From assembly GCA_964567185.1 (NCBI GenBank), contig CAZMKZ010000003.1, positions 556-64,555 on the forward strand: a stretch of 64,000 nt of DNA, read 5' to 3'. The DNA is from an uncultured Thermodesulfobacteriota bacterium. Lineage in GTDB: Bacteria; Desulfobacterota; GWC2-55-46; JADFVP01. Position numbers and translations under genes: made by a program. The notes below the pieces were generated by a model, which had not been told where the DNA came from, made no database searches, and was given only the letters and a program-made list of their open reading frames with translations. Position 1 is the first letter of the stretch, and the number at the start of each line of letters is the position of its first letter. Shown in pieces: positions 63,283-64,000 of this stretch.

Positions 63283-63867
63283 TTACGAGGCTAATGTTTC
63301 ATGCTTTAAAAAATCCGAAAAAAAATGGGATAGACCTTCTACAAATATACGTGCCTCTACATATAGTTCGTATATTTCTTTAGCATCTTTCTCTAGCAGA
63401 AATTTGCCAAAATTATTATGTACGAGTCTGTTTCGTTCGTTACCAATCTCTAAGAATGCTTTGATAGCATCACATATCATTGGTTCATCTTTGAGTCGGT
63501 CTAGCATATAAGACTTAAAATCGGATCCAAAAAGGGCAAAAAATTTATTTGCATTCTTTGCCTCCCAGTCAAAAAAAGTATAATATTGTCTTGATATTGC
63601 CTTATTACGTACAAATTCTTCTATGAGTGATTTTTTTTCCATTGAAAAAGGTACTAGGCATAACAAACTCTCTGTAATACGTGTTTCGAAGTAGCTTGCA
63701 GTGGCAAGAAGTAGACTTTTGCGAAAATTGTTTTCAGCTGTGATACGCAATGTAATCTCTTTCTCATCAATTTGATTGATGATGTCCACAAACTCCTCAT
63801 ACAATGTGTCAACTATTGTTATCTTCATGTTGGATTCTAACCTAAAGAGGCGAAATGAAATGCTCAC
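63283..63867 (-). CDS. HEPN-like protein (candidate toxin or abortive-infection effector) in a low-GC insertion
   Basis: R-x4-H motif NERNRLVHNNF near the C-terminus of a roughly 180-194 aa helical protein. The locus is strongly AT-rich relative to its flanks. An alternative start at 63827 would give MKITIV. Confidence 0.4.
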   Translation of the reverse strand: MSISFRLFRLESNMKITIVDTLYEEFVDIINQIDEKEITLRITAENNFRKSLLLATASYFETRITESLLCLVPFSMEKKSLIEEFVRNKAISRQYYTFFDWEAKNANKFFALFGSDFKSYMLDRLKDEPMICDAIKAFLEIGNERNRLVHNNFGKFLLEKDAKEIYELYVEARIFVEGLSHFFSDFLKHETLAS

Positions 63868-64000
63868 CGCGCTTTAGCCTAGTCTTAACATTCGAAGATT
63901 GCGTCGAGGCTTCAATAGCAGCTTCTAGGAATTCAGCGTCATTAGCCAAATCATCGATCTGATCACCATCTAGTTTGCCATTCAAGCAACGTTTCTCTTG
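63842..64000 (-). CDS. Partial ORF (C-terminal 52 aa in the window) overlapping or abutting the HEPN-like gene; putative partner gene
   Basis: Open minus-strand frame ...QEKRCLNGKLDGDQIDDLANDAEFLEAAIEASTQSSNVKTRLKRGEHFISPL* that ends about 20 bp inside the downstream gene start and shares its low GC. Confidence 0.35.
   Translation of the reverse strand, partial: QEKRCLNGKLDGDQIDDLANDAEFLEAAIEASTQSSNVKTRLKRGEHFISPL

Overview
This 64 kb bacterial chromosomal window is moderately GC-rich and mostly core genes. By gene content it is possibly Deltaproteobacteria- or Nitrospirae-like, but the organism is not identified. Three stretches look accessory. (1) The left edge (1-3720) is the right end of an integrative element inserted at the 3' end of a tRNA-Arg(CCT) gene (3644-3720, minus strand). 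It has a tyrosine integrase carrying a Cys4 zinc-ribbon insertion, an excisionase-like helix-turn-helix gene, palindromic and direct-repeat operator-like sites, an AT-rich segment and about 1.25 kb with no credible ORF. That ORF-free stretch shows weak, colinear, minus-strand resemblance to conserved large-subunit rRNA motifs, so it may be a large structured RNA or a degenerate rRNA-like fragment. The element runs off the left edge of the window. (2) Between 3844 and 12983 lie a GT2 glycosyltransferase, a DASS-family anion transporter, a DUF1858 redox protein and a tetR-tolC-adaptor-RND efflux operon. (3) The right edge (about 63262-64000) is a sharply low-GC insertion next to queH. It holds a HEPN-like gene (R-x4-H motif) overlapping a truncated upstream partner, a candidate toxin-antitoxin or abortive-infection module. 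The core genes include znuCB-like metal ABC transporter genes behind a Fur/Zur-like box, a PilZ protein, apt, an nlpD-like LysM-M23 peptidase, surE-pcm, purMN, rpmB, ridA, relA/spoT, mrcA, moaA and an MrfA-like DEXH-helicase with a DUF1998 domain. A long minus-strand ilv-leu supraoperon (ilvD-ilvBN-ilvC-psd-pssA-leuA-leuC-methyltransferase-leuD-small protein-leuB) follows, then tsaB-rseP-dxr-cdsA-uppS-frr-pyrH-tsf-rpsB, purF, purL, a NUDIX hydrolase, an archaeal-type SAM synthetase and queH. No CRISPR array and no functional rRNA gene were found. All calls rest on reading the ORF translations and the DNA by eye, with no database search.
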